The notes: generated by a model from the letters alone, not told the origin. A stretch of DNA of 64,000 nt from Fistulifera solaris (GCA_030295235.1 AP026148.1:496001-560000), one strand, 5' to 3'. Shown: positions 11,838-23,366, counted from the first letter of the stretch. A program made the numbers and translations.

Positions 11838-12806
11838 AGTGCGACGTTGCACATTCTACAAACTATTCTTTGGTATAAATTATGCTAAAATGGTTAATCA
11901 TCTAATCTGGGTCAAACAATACAAACGGTGGGTGTGGAAACACTTTCAAATTTCATTTTCAATCGTTACTTCTCTCTCGAGGAGATGATAACAATGTCAT
12001 TCTGCGCCAGTGCGCGAAACTCGATATTGGATTCCACGTGGGGAGCGATTCACTCGGGTGTACATCATCCGATCAAATACACTTCTAGCAATCGCTCCCA
12101 TTACCGTCCTCATCCACCCAGTTTGCAATTAGCATCACCTAATTGACTCACGCCTCGAATATTTGCACCACCACGTCCCAAAGGTTTTCCATTTCCAGTC
12201 GACCGATACGATCGACCTTGATTCCGATTACCGTACGTTCGATTCTTCGTAGACGAAAACACGTGTTCGTATGCAACTATCAGAGAACGTCGCTAGATTT
12301 ATAAAAAAAAATGCGAGTTCGAAGCACTTACCGACGAGGACGAATGATTCTCAAGAGCTTGTGGGTTGAAAATTGTCGTGAAAAACAGTGCCACCAGCGT
12401 ATAAATACCTGCAAAACACTTGAGAGAAAGTAATAGACGGTCATTCGACACAAACGGCCTGCGAAACGTACCTCCGAGAAAGTCCGTGAACGACTTCCAC
12501 AGTGACTTTTGCCGCCTACCGTGCCGTCTGCGGAAACATACACCATACTATTATCTTTTCCAAAGAATAGAGAAGTTAAAGGGTAAAGGTACGAGTGTAA
12601 TGATGACATCGAAGAGTTGTATCTGGTAATATGCATGCCTGCAGGCGATAAAACACGACCGGACAATTCGTTACCGCTATGACGTGAAATCAGCGTCCGT
12701 CCATCCACCCACCGTTCCGAAGCAGCGCAGCAGCAGCAGCACTTTTACGCACAAAAACAACCCCCGTTGACCAAAATCTTTCTTGTTTCATCTATTTTGA
12801 TCCAAA

Positions 12807-13617
12807 ATGCGACTTTCTACCAAACGAGACTATCTTTCAAGCTCCCAGAACGATTTGGCGACAGATGATTGCAAGCGACAGCGCACGGAAAGCCCTATTC
12901 AGTCGTTGTTCGCTTCTCTTCGATCACCTTTCGACTGTCGAGATGATAACAATGATGATGTCCCCTTTCTCTCCGATTGCGATGCAGGTGTTGCGGAATC
13001 GCTCGTTCCTGGTGAATCGATTCCTGATAACGAGATGTCTTTCATTTTATCGTTTGCGGAATCGCGTGAAGAGATGCAGTCGTGGATTTACGAGAACGAG
13101 AACGCCGCTTGGGCACAGAGCACTGTTCAGGCGCTGCTTTCGTTGAATGTCACTTCGTCTCGTGGCTCTTCAAGCAGCTCTTTTCTTGAAAATCATCGTG
13201 CGTCTCGCCGTGTACAATTTGTGCCTGGTTTCTACACTGTCAAGGAGATTCCTCATCATAATTCATTGACCGCCGATGAAAAGCGCTTCGTTGTATCGTA
13301 ACAAGCGTACGTTGCAGGCAGAGAAGGATGAAATTTGCCTGGAGATCAGGTTTGAGCGTCGTTTACGTCTTTGCGGCGCCGCTGATGCGCTGGAAGAAGG
13401 GTGTTTCTTCCGCAACCATCTTGGAGAGTTGGTCCATCCAGCACACTGGCTCGTGTATGTGAATGAAATTCTTCCAAGTCTTCCCCTCGATACTCCCGTC
13501 GTTGGCTTTTCCTCACTGAACGAGTACAAACAAAGTGATGAGTTGTCCAAGTATGAGCAATACTTTGGCAACGCCATGCGGAAAAGAGTCTTCCATCCTC
13601 GATCCCTTGATTTGTAA
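12807..13617 (+). CDS. Orphan family A member A1 (about 269 aa; RRVQF motif), +1 frameshift near 13286
   Basis: ORFs 12807-13301 and 13276-13617 together align to the intact 61295-62065 copy. Shares RRVxF-x5-VKEIPHH, LEE and GELVHPAHW with A2 and A3. Confidence 0.8.
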
Positions 13618-14226
13618 GCGTTTTCTCGACTGGGCGTATTTTGTCTCGTTTTCCTGTATTGTGCTCCCCGTAGTGGCGATTTGAAACGATTCAACCGCTC
13701 TTGTTATATGTCAAGTGTTAAGTAGTGATTATTTTAGATGATTCTTTAAAAAATACTCCGTATTCAGTTTAATAGCTATGAACTGCCTCTCCTTAGTTTT
13801 CTTGGTAACGTTGTCTTTTGTTGTTGTGTATCGTACCGTATGGTATCGTATCGTATTGTATCGTCGTCTTTTGTTGCAGCTTGCAGCGCAAGGTGACTTT
13901 TCACACAGTGCGCGTTGTGCTTTCAAATCAATTCGTAATTATTAGAGATCTTTCGAAAAGAAATCAAGCTCTTCAAAGCTTTATTCCGTTTACTCTCGTC
14001 GAAACTCGTCCTCGCTCCTCGCTCTCGTTTCTTCATGAGTAAACGTTTGTGTACCAGCTCTACGTGAGAGCTGGTTACACGATTTTGTACCAGGGCAGTC
14101 GTAGAAAATTAGTCGTTCCGTCAGCCGTCAGTCAGTCCGCAGCAAGCCTTTTAATGTATTCACTCTCGCGCACAAAACAACCCCGTTTTACCAAATTCCT
14201 CATTGTTTCATCTATTTTGAATCAAA

Positions 14227-14994
14227 ATGCAAGTTTACAGCAAACAAAACCACCTTTCATGCTCCAAGAGTCCCTCGGAGACGATTTTCGACACGCTACA
14301 GCGACTGACAAGCCCTCTGTGGTCGTTGCAAGCCGAAAATGTTGACGATGTTCCCTGTCTCTCTGATTGCGACGCGGGTGCCGCGGAATCGTTGCTTCCA
14401 CGTGATTTCGATGTCGACAATGATGATGAAATCTCTTCTTTCCTTCTGTCCCTTACAGGATCGCGTGAAGAACCGCTGTTGACGGTGAACAAGACTCAAA
14501 AGGGAGTATTAAAGACAAGCACTAGTATTCTTCCGGTGACGATACACTCTTTGCTCAAGATTGCTCCATCCAGTCATCCTGCGCCTCGTCGTGTTCGATT
14601 TGCTTCGGATCTTACGACGGTGAAAGAGATTCCCCATCATTGTTCGTTCACAACCGAGCAAAAGCATTCGTTATATCGTGACCTCGAGACTTTGCAAGCC
14701 GAGAGTGATGTCATTTGTCAGGAGATTGAATTTGAATGCAGTCTGTATGGCGATGAATGCCTCGAGACTGTGTTGGAAGAAGACGCCTATTTCCGGAATC
14801 GTCGTGGCGAATTGGTTCATCCAGCCCACTGGAGTGCTTTCACGGATGAGATCGTTGACAGCCTGGACGTCGACCCAACATCCATACCCTCTGGTTTCTC
14901 GTCGGTAGAAGCTTACAAGAAGTATTTGTTCAAATACGAGCACTTCTATGATCATGTCCTTCCAAATCGTGCGTTTGTATCATCCGGTCGATGA
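14227..14994 (+). CDS. Orphan family A member A2 (255 aa; RRVRF motif)
   Basis: Intact ORF; near-identical paralog at 59935-60696; family motifs present. Confidence 0.85.
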   Translation: MQVYSKQNHLSCSKSPSETIFDTLQRLTSPLWSLQAENVDDVPCLSDCDAGAAESLLPRDFDVDNDDEISSFLLSLTGSREEPLLTVNKTQKGVLKTSTSILPVTIHSLLKIAPSSHPAPRRVRFASDLTTVKEIPHHCSFTTEQKHSLYRDLETLQAESDVICQEIEFECSLYGDECLETVLEEDAYFRNRRGELVHPAHWSAFTDEIVDSLDVDPTSIPSGFSSVEAYKKYLFKYEHFYDHVLPNRAFVSSGR

Positions 14995-15601
14995 AAGAGA
15001 AGTGTTGCTTTGTCGTTGCGTATATTATTACCAGTGTTCGTCGTTCTATGTGTTGTGATGATTTAATTGCTCTTTGTTAGATGTTATGAGAAATAATGAT
15101 GTAATCATAGATGATATTTTGTAAAGAGAGACTTCTTAGCTTGTCTAGTGTGTAGCTGTGCGTGGGCGACGTTGTCTTGAAAACGTAGGCGCACGCTCCT
15201 TATCTAAAAAGTACGTTGAGAACGACGGTAAATGCAAGCTTAAAATTCTTGGTATAACTTCGTGAGAGCAAGCTTAAAAGAGTTATAGCTACAAAGCAAC
15301 ATCTTATTGCAGCTTGTTTCTGTTTCCTATTATTTGCCTAGTAATAGAAGCTGATTGAACTCCGTATTACTGCCTATTTTCTGGTGTGAACATACCAGGT
15401 AGCGCTATTGTACCAGGTAAAGCGTAACCTGTGGCATTCGACTTGGTGTACAACATAATCTCTCAGTATCGTTACCACTAAGACATAGTCCACACTTTGC
15501 AGCCCGCAGCAGCAACGTACCTGGTATGCTTTATTATTCTCACACAAAAAAACACCCCATTTTACCGATATCTTTATTGTTTCATCAATTCTGCACCAAT
15601 C

Positions 15602-16374
15602 ATGAAAGTTTCTTGCCGTTTTAACTACCTTCGACGTCCCAAAAGTCATCAGAAGACAATGGAAAAGCGTCGACAAACGATTCGTCCTTTCCGCAAGCTG
15701 TTGGCTGCATTCCGTTCTCGCCACGACGCCGGAGATGATGTTGTATCGTTTGACCGTGAAGCTGCTGCTCCGGAAAGTGTCCCTCGCAATCCTTATCGTA
15801 TCATTATTTGGGATATTGATAATTCTCGTCCTCGTGGTGGGGAGCTGCTGTCCGAAGCACCGGAATATGACTATCTGGCAGCGGAAGATTGCCCTGGCGT
15901 TGCTGCGGTCCCCGGTCGACAAGCGTTGCGTTTCGCTTGTGATTACGACGCCGCTCTTGACGACTTTTTCAGTCCTCCCACTCGTCGTGTCACCTTCGCA
16001 CAGCATGTGACTGTTGTACCCATTCAAAGCCATCAGTCGTTGACGGAAGACGAGAAGCGTTTTTGTATGGCGTCAAGAGTACCAAGAAGGAGAAGAGCCT
16101 AAAGGAGCAGCAATATGAAGACAGCAAGCACTGCATTGAAAATGCACTAGAGGAAGAGATGTTCTATCCAAATCACGAGGGCAAGTTGGTCCATCCAGCC
16201 CATTTTCGTTCGTTTGTGCGTAAAATCCTTCCAACCCTTCCTCGCGACATCAAGGTACCGGTACCTGGTTTCTTGTCCTTTGAAGAATATTACGGCCTCC
16301 TGGAATGTTACGCGCGTAAGTACAATACATCCATTGCCGAAGAAATGATCCAAGATGATGCCTTCGAAGTGTGA
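15602..16374 (+). CDS. Orphan family A member A3 (about 257 aa; RRVTF motif), -1 frameshift near 16062
   Basis: Two ORFs join to match the intact 62682-63449 copy; GKLVHPAHF motif. Confidence 0.8.
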
Positions 16375-16790
16375 CAAGCTGAAGTCGTTGTGTTTGCTTG
16401 CTGTGTTGTGTTTTGTAATCAATCGTTATCATCGTATTTATTTGCGTTGTCGTTTTCATTGAGCTCCCTTGGGACATGGGAAATCATCCACAGCAGATCG
16501 AGCAATTAAGAATCGATTTAAAAATAATATAGTTTGTTCATGCGTTAAACAGTTTTAATACTTCGTACGATAAATGTTGTTTGTTGGCATTCTGATGAAC
16601 GGTCTACTCAGTTGACTACTCCCTATGTTTGTACTTCGGCAGTATTCGCACCTCTTAGCTGCAGACAATGCAGATGTCCATATCAAATGGCAACTTTGAT
16701 GGAACGTAACGCATCAACTAGACCTAGCTAGGGAGACGAAAGTTTGAATTATTTCGCATTGACGTATTTTCTTTGTTGTGCTCCGTAAGA

Positions 16791-16819
16791 ATCAATCAAT
16801 CAATCAATCTATCAATCAA
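16791..16819. repeat. (ATCA)n microsatellite
   Basis: atcaatcaatcaatcaatctatcaatcaa. Confidence 0.75.
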
Positions 16820-17231
16820 CTCTTTAGCAGACTGTACATCATAAACTCGGAGTGCTGGCAATGATGATTCTTCTTCTTGCACGAGTCTGTTCTACATCTC
16901 GCCATGCTTTTGCTTTAGAACGTGATCAATTTACTTGGTATGCACCTATCTGGTACCGGTACCGGTGACTCTTTTGGTGTAGCTCTATTCCGCTTTGCGC
17001 ATCGTCCAGGTTTCGGCTTTGCTGTAGATGTGAGCTTTTTCCTCTGGTATGCACCTACCAAAGTAGGGACGTTTGGGGATGATTTAACCGCTCTTTGTAT
17101 GAAGAGCTCTTCTCCGGTGGCATGGTTTGCTACTTGTCTAATGTGGAGCTTTTGTATCTGTATTACCGATGACATCTCGTGATCCGCTGTCGTGAAGCAC
17201 CAAATGCATTCAAAAACATGCGGTTGCGATC

Positions 17232-18673
17232 TTATTGTGCGATTTTCTCGCCAGTGGACGTCTGCTGCTGGGACGACTCAGAGGCTGCAAGAAGTACTGC
17301 CCCGCCTATAACTGAACCTCCAACAAAGCCATACATACCCATAGTTTCGCCGAGAAGAAAGTAAGCAAAGATAGCGGTGAATATTGGCTGCAGCGAGTAA
17401 ATCAAATTTGCATCAGCTGGTTTGACACGGCGCTGTCCGAAGCTTTGAGCGAAGGTTGTGTAAGCAGTAGAGATAAGACCAGTCCATAGCACTGCACCCA
17501 CTGCAAGCCGTATAGACGAAGTGGTAAGGGTCCCACTCACAATGCGTTCTTGTAGCGTTTCGAAAAAAGTGCTAATTTCTAGTCCTGTTTCCTGTGCGAA
17601 GGTCAGCAAGCCAGCTTCTGGCACGATCCCACCCGTCGACGACGGAGCCACTGAGGTCAGTAATAGCAAAGCAATAATACTCAAAATCAGCTCAGTCAAA
17701 GCCTTAAAAGCTACCAGTTTCAGGGGTGAAGTTTCATTCGCCCATCTTCCAAGTCGCACAACGTGCAAACTGTACACCACGGCAGCACCTAGAATGAGAA
17801 AGTCCCCATCCTTCAGACTGGGCCACGAAAAAGAACTCATTTGTGTTTTAAGTATTTCTCCATCGTATCCCATGATTGAAATTCCTGCTAATGCCAGCAC
17901 ACAAGCGATCCACGTACGGCTCGATACCGAACTTCTCAATAAAGCAGCTTGTACAATGGGTACAATGATTGTCGTCACTGCCAAAAAATCTCAGGTCAGA
18001 CTACAGACGCATTAGTCCACGTTGATGATACAGTATCTGCTACTCACATTGCACCAAAAAGCCGGCTCGCTCGGAGGTTATCGTTTTTAGACCCAATACC
18101 TGTAAAGAGTTTCCAAGAAATAAATAAAAACCTAGCTCCAAACCAGCTTGCAAAACAACCCAGCCGTCGTCGGAAGACAATGATGATTCATTTGATGGCT
18201 GAAAAGACAACAATCCGAACGCTGATACTGCAGCCACGGCAAAGTATGCGGTCGAAAAAACAAAGCCTGGAATGGGTGGGTCGATTTCATAAAGACCTTT
18301 CACAACGGGGACGTAAGTTCCCCAAACGACTGGGACCTTTAAAATTAAAGTCAGTGTTTTGCATTGAATACAACACTGTACTTTTCGTTAGAACGTACTG
18401 TTGCCAGAACAAAGATTCCGATTTGTTTTTCAGATACTCCGGGTAGAAACTTTGTTGGAGTGCTTCTTGTCGAATCGCTGACCTCGATACTGTCTTTAAA
18501 GACGAGGCTATTATCTTTTTGCTGAGAAATATAGATTGATCATCTTTGACTTGTTGTTGAAAGAGCGGTTGTGCGCGTGGTGCTTTTTTCAAGATGCAAG
18601 ACGAGGTGAAGCCAGCGAAGGTGACTACAGAGGCGATGAGTAAACAGCATGTAGTTCTCCACAATAATGGCAT
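17232..18673 (-). CDS. EamA/DMT-family transporter, probably plastid-targeted; 2 introns and an apparent indel in exon 1
   Basis: Spliced reading KQIGIFVLAT|VPVVWGTYVPVVK (intron about 18338-18397); second intron about 17979-18047; GNSLQVLGLKT-SERAGFLVQ and ANLIYSLQPIFTAIFAYFLLGE; N-terminal signal peptide. Confidence 0.82.
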
Positions 18674-18955
18674 CTCTGATCACCAATGTCGAAATAGAGT
18701 CACAGCGAGCGGTAAGGTTGTATTGAAAGACGCTCACTGGATTAATATATTACGGAGTATCATAAATGTATAGTAAACGCCATGGTCGAGGCGATGATCG
18801 CGACTCGCGACATTGCTGCAAAGTTGCTTTGTGACGTCATCATTGTCTCACCAACAACAACATCTTGTACGGAATACTCCGTATACGTATGCGCCTAGAG
18901 ACCTAGACTAATTGATTCCAATGATAATAGTTTACGTTGTTATGAACTTGAATTC

Positions 18956-19980
18956 TTATGAACACAACACAGATGTATGCTGTTGATCAGATTGCGACGC
19001 AAGAATGAGATCGATGTTTCTCACTAATGCCTGATAAATAGCGTCCATTCCGTGAAATGTTCTTCGTCCCAAGATGACCCCCATCAACTTTGCTTGAAAT
19101 CCCAGATCATGGTTCTGACAACGAATAGTGGCTATTCTCTTGTTCCAAGTGTTTGCTTCGAGCCGCGGAGCTATTTTAGACTTCCAAATATCGCTTTTCA
19201 TTATGCCGGGTTCGGCAATGAGTTGCTCTAGATGCGAGTTATGGGACAGCAGACGCGACAGACGATGCCCACGATCCAAAGATGGGTTCGAACTACAGAA
19301 CTGAAAGGACACAATGCTGGGGTGTTCGGAGATTGCATCAAATACAAGGTCAGCGTCGTCTTCACAAAGGTTGGGACCGAACCAAAGTATGATCGATTGG
19401 GTAGCTCTCGAGTTCTTGCGAAGTGATTGTGCGAGTTGCAAGCAAATTTTGTGACACTGAGCTTCATCTGCTTTGGCGTGGACCATTAATGAAAGTTTGG
19501 CAAGTCCAGTGCTCGAACGAAGAGCGAAACAAAGCTGCTGAGCCACGTCGGTGTTGCTGTCAGCTCGGCGATCGACAAAGCATAGTTCCTTGGGTCCCAT
19601 ACCTTGTTCCATGGCGTATGTAAAAGTATTCGGATGCGTCATGGAACAATTGCTCATTTTCAAGCTTTTTACTTGACAAGAGCCGATCAGTCGACACGCC
19701 TCTTCGCCTGCGATATCGATCGAAGTATACTGAATGAAGAGTTCTGCGGCAGTTTCGTATCGAGCAAGAATAGCCAAAAATTTCAGCCAGCATTCGTCTG
19801 AAAAGGAATGTTTCGACTGATACTGATTCCTCGAAACACAAAGCCGGTCTGTTTACGACATAATTCTTCGAAGCCTTCTACAAAGAGTGCTCCTCCGTCA
19901 TCAAATTTATCGTTCGCAAACCAGAGGGACGAGTTAACTTGGCCCAGTATTTCCTGAGTGCGCTCCCGAGATAAGTGCAT
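18956..19980 (-). CDS. Orphan RNI/LRR-like diatom protein; apparent frameshift near 19780
   Basis: ORFs 19783-19980 and 18956-19777 abut. ALRSSTGLAKLSL, LRKNSR and LSHNSHLEQL resemble degenerate RNI-like repeats; C-terminal AIYQALVRNIDL resembles family B. Confidence 0.6.
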
Positions 19981-20427
19981 GGTCACCGAATAACACGAGA
20001 AACTATATGTAGGCTGACCAGCTCCTTCGTTTTTCTTGGATATGATTGGAAAGATGATACCAGGTAACACAATGAGGATGAGAAATAGAAAGTCATTTTC
20101 ATTCTTTTCCGGCCATGACGCTGGTGGATGTCATCCAAGAAATCGGTACTGATCGGATAGCTACACGTTTCGCAGAACGACAGCTGTGATTTCGTTTTTC
20201 CGCAAAGAGTTCGGCAAAGACAAGCCAACATTCGCTGACGTTCGGTTCTACTTTTCGCACTAGTGTGAGAGTACCGCGAAAAAGTGGAGACGCACGGTGC
20301 AAATAACATAATTGAAATTGTTCTACGAAGTGCGATCTTGCGCAACACAAAGAGTTCTTCTCGTTTTTCTCTGTTACCTTCATTTTTAACACTTGAACCC
20401 TGTTATTGCACTGACAACTAACACATT

Positions 20428-21941
20428 ATGACTTCGGTGGCTGCTTTGACCGACGGTGAGGACCGTGCAGAGTACTTTCGTCCCAACAAGATTCAGCGCA
20501 CGTCGAGAGAAGACGGCACACCGCGGCCTTTCCCTGATCGTTGGGAGATTCAAAAGAAGGGTATGAACTTTCTTACATGGGACTGTTTCAGAACTCGAAA
20601 GGAACTCCAGATGAATCGTGTTGATACAGACAGCGACCAGTTGTGGGAAAAAACTTTGACAAGTTAGTAGAATACAAAGCACTGTCTGGAGATGCGAATG
20701 TACCGGTTTACTTCAAAGACCGTGAGTTAGTTGCGTGGGTAGAGGAACAGCGAAGTGAGTAGCTTGGTTACCTCATTAGCTCGGTTTTTTATCGAAGTCG
20801 CACTCACGTTGTTTGGTCTCCTTTAGAGGCTTTTCATAATGGTTCTCTTCCGCTCTCTCTACTTGTACGGCTTCAAGAGCTGAACTTTGTGTTTCATGCT
20901 ACTGACGACAATAACAAAGAAATCTATGTCACAACGCCTGAAGACTTGAACATTCTAAATGGTCAAAACCAGGTAACGACCAAATCTGTGTCGAGTTCAC
21001 CGGATCCTGCGATTAGTCTTCGAGACTTGAGATTTGGCATGTCTTCGCCGTCGATCAAGAACCCTTACGCAAAACCCCTTCCTCGTTCCACTTTTAGAGA
21101 TCCAGGTGCTCGAGAATGGGATTTTGCGTCGCGCTTGCAAAGTACTTCAAATAGTCAAGTTGAGGTTTCGGACAACTCTTCGAGACGTCCTCCTGTTGCT
21201 GCTTCTTCGTTGGAGGAAGCAAGTGGTTCACCCAAGAACATCCTAGAACGACTCCAGCCCCATCCTCCAACTCCCGAAATGGTCGAACATGATGCAAAGA
21301 ATGCAACAGAAAAGGCATCTGCTAGTCTACGTGACGAACGGGCTACTGATGAGCAAGCCGTGTTGAACATTACGGACGATACGGACAACATCAGTGCTCT
21401 TTCGAAGGATGGAGGCGATGAAGAAGATCCCTTTTTGGAGGAAGCTTCCAGTGGTAACATCCTTACCCACTCTTTTAATAATCTCTGCTGCAGTGGTTCA
21501 GCATTCCTGGTCCGTATTTCCAATATTGGATCGGGTGTCTTTTTCCGCCTGATGTTGATAATGCATGTGTTGCGCAGTTTTATCGCTGCAATGAAGCATG
21601 CTCACGGCAAGGAAGACAAAGGCATGAACACAAAGGATCAAGAAGATAAAAATGATGGACAACTTGCTGGCGAAGAAGAAGAAAATGTCCCTTTCGAACA
21701 GGATATGGCAGCCAAAAACTCGTATTTTACCAACATTCTTCGTCAAGGCGTTATGGTCCTCTGGTTTTGTCTTCACCAAGCTGGTTGGTTGTTGGTGTCT
21801 TGCGTTACATTTATACTTTACGCACTGGGCTTCTCGGCCGGTGTAGGAATCGTTATGGGTTATTTGATACTACTTGGTAAGATCGATGTCCCTGCCGTCA
21901 ATGATGCATTGGGAGTGCATTGTGCCATGAGAATGAATTAA
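20428..21941 (+). CDS. Helicase-associated (HA, PF03457-like) domain protein with hydrophobic C-terminus; 1 intron and one A-run indel
   Basis: Adding one A in the run at 20648-20653 and splicing 20755-20826 gives WEKNFDKLVEYKALSGDANVPVYFKDRELVAWVEEQRKAFHNGSLPLSLLVRLQELNFVF, which fits the HA consensus. The frame then runs into ORF 20889-21941. Confidence 0.72.
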
Positions 21942-22050
21942 ACATATTAACTAAAATAGCATTGTATCTGAATTAGGATCGTTTGTTGTAATCCCTACTG
22001 TCTTTTTATTCGTCAGCCAGTGCGCTCTTCTCATTGGTTCGCTCGTCGGA

Positions 22051-22866
22051 TTAGTTTGCTCCATCCTTACTTTGTGCCAGCCCGGCCTCGGGTTTAAACG
22101 ATTGAAAGTGCACCACTTGTGTCATCATCCCATCCTCATTGTATGTATAATCAATGCAAGTAATACTCGCCGTAGCGACTTTGATCTGTGCCATTTCGTG
22201 TGTGGGGATTCCCAGCGCATCCGACAAGACACACCGCGTCACTTGCAAATGCGACACAACACAGGCGGCTTCTTCCATTTCGAGCAGAGACAAGGCTTTA
22301 TCCCGCGCTTCCAAAACGCGCTGTTTTAACGCCGCATACGATTCACCACCGTCCGGTGTCACATTTTCGTCACCGGCATCGAACCGCGCCAGATTCTCGG
22401 GTCCGATTTCTTCCTTGGTCAAGCCACACCAAGCTCCTCGATCAAGTTCTTTGAATCCTTCCAGTTGAATCACACCCGAGTCCTGTAATGATTGACGTTT
22501 CCACACTTGTTCTCCTCCATAGATAGCCCGTTGCAAAGGACTCGCAAAAACCCGCCGCAGTGCATACTGTTGCAAATAGTCTCCGGCCGCTTGGGCTTCC
22601 AATTCACCTAATTTCGAAAGAGGCACATCGAGTGCACCGTAATATACCGATCGATCCGGACCACCCGGATTGATGACTTCACCGTGTCGGACCCAAAAGA
22701 TGCGTTTGGCGTTGTTGGCGATCCAAGGAACCATGTGCAGTGAGGAGGAGTAGGAGGAGGAGGATGATCGGCGTCGTATCGAAGAAGTAAACCCACGAGT
22801 CGTCGTTGTGCGGGTCAGAAACATGAAGAATAGAGCTACCACACGATTGATCTTTCGGGTAATCAT
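22051..22866 (-). CDS. Histidine phosphatase / phosphoglycerate mutase family protein, plastid-targeted
   Basis: RHGE catalytic motif, SPLQRA, ELDRGAWCG, GGES and VVSH. ATG 22866 gives a signal peptide ending TRG-FTS and a Ser/Arg-rich transit peptide. Confidence 0.88.
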   Translation of the reverse strand: MITRKINRVVALFFMFLTRTTTTRGFTSSIRRRSSSSSYSSSLHMVPWIANNAKRIFWVRHGEVINPGGPDRSVYYGALDVPLSKLGELEAQAAGDYLQQYALRRVFASPLQRAIYGGEQVWKRQSLQDSGVIQLEGFKELDRGAWCGLTKEEIGPENLARFDAGDENVTPDGGESYAALKQRVLEARDKALSLLEMEEAACVVSHLQVTRCVLSDALGIPTHEMAQIKVATASITCIDYTYNEDGMMTQVVHFQSFKPEAGLAQSKDGAN

Positions 22867-23366
22867 AGTAAAGATTCGCTCGACTCCTCTATAGAAAGAA
22901 ATGGATGGAAGAATATATAAAGGCGAAAAAAAAACGACGAATGAGATTCGAAACCGCATCAAACGGAAACCGGCGGTCAATTGGATGCTGCAGGAGTTCG
23001 GTAAGGTGCAGGTTACATGTAGACGTTCTATTAATAACGTCTGCAGTACCATAGTGATGCGATGTTGCGACACTGCACAGCGGTGCCCTTTTCTGCAAGC
23101 GACAGTACAAGTACTGGTAGGCTCGCGATTTCCGTGTGAAAAATGTTTGTCTTGAATGATGGTGATGATATTATTATGATGATTCATTTCTTCATTTTTC
23201 ATTTCCTAAAGTTTGAACTTCATACAGTAAAGGACCAGTACATAGTTGAAGATGAGAAGGAAACAGAGGTGAGGTACACAATAGCAGAGCTTTGTTTCAG
23301 TAGCTTCAGAAACGACTTTTAAACGACGGGTCTTTTCGTCGTTGACGAGAACGTGTTGCATTGAAA

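Larger units (their letters stand above)
12694..16735 (+). repeat. Copy 1 of a roughly 4.1-kb three-gene cassette (order A1-A2-A3)
   Basis: Matches the reverse complement of 59686-63952 across genes and spacers. Similarity starts at cgtccgtccatcc (12694) and fades out at the CTAG-rich tract near 16735. Confidence 0.93.

Noticed and set aside
13845..13867. (GTATC)n-like pentamer tract, also at about 61035-61068
   Set aside because: Short degenerate microsatellite carried along with the duplication; no further structure.
15374..16033. 219-aa antisense ORF over A3, partly repeated at 63018-63455
   Set aside because: Shadow of the real gene; its recurrence is explained by the duplication and its length differs between copies.
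16820..17230. Short ORFs between A3 and the EamA gene
   Set aside because: No recognisable motif, overlapping ORFs on both strands, and no homologue within the window.
22867..23202. N-terminal 112-aa extension of the histidine phosphatase ORF
   Set aside because: A clear bipartite targeting leader begins at ATG 22866; the upstream part looks like an open intergenic frame.
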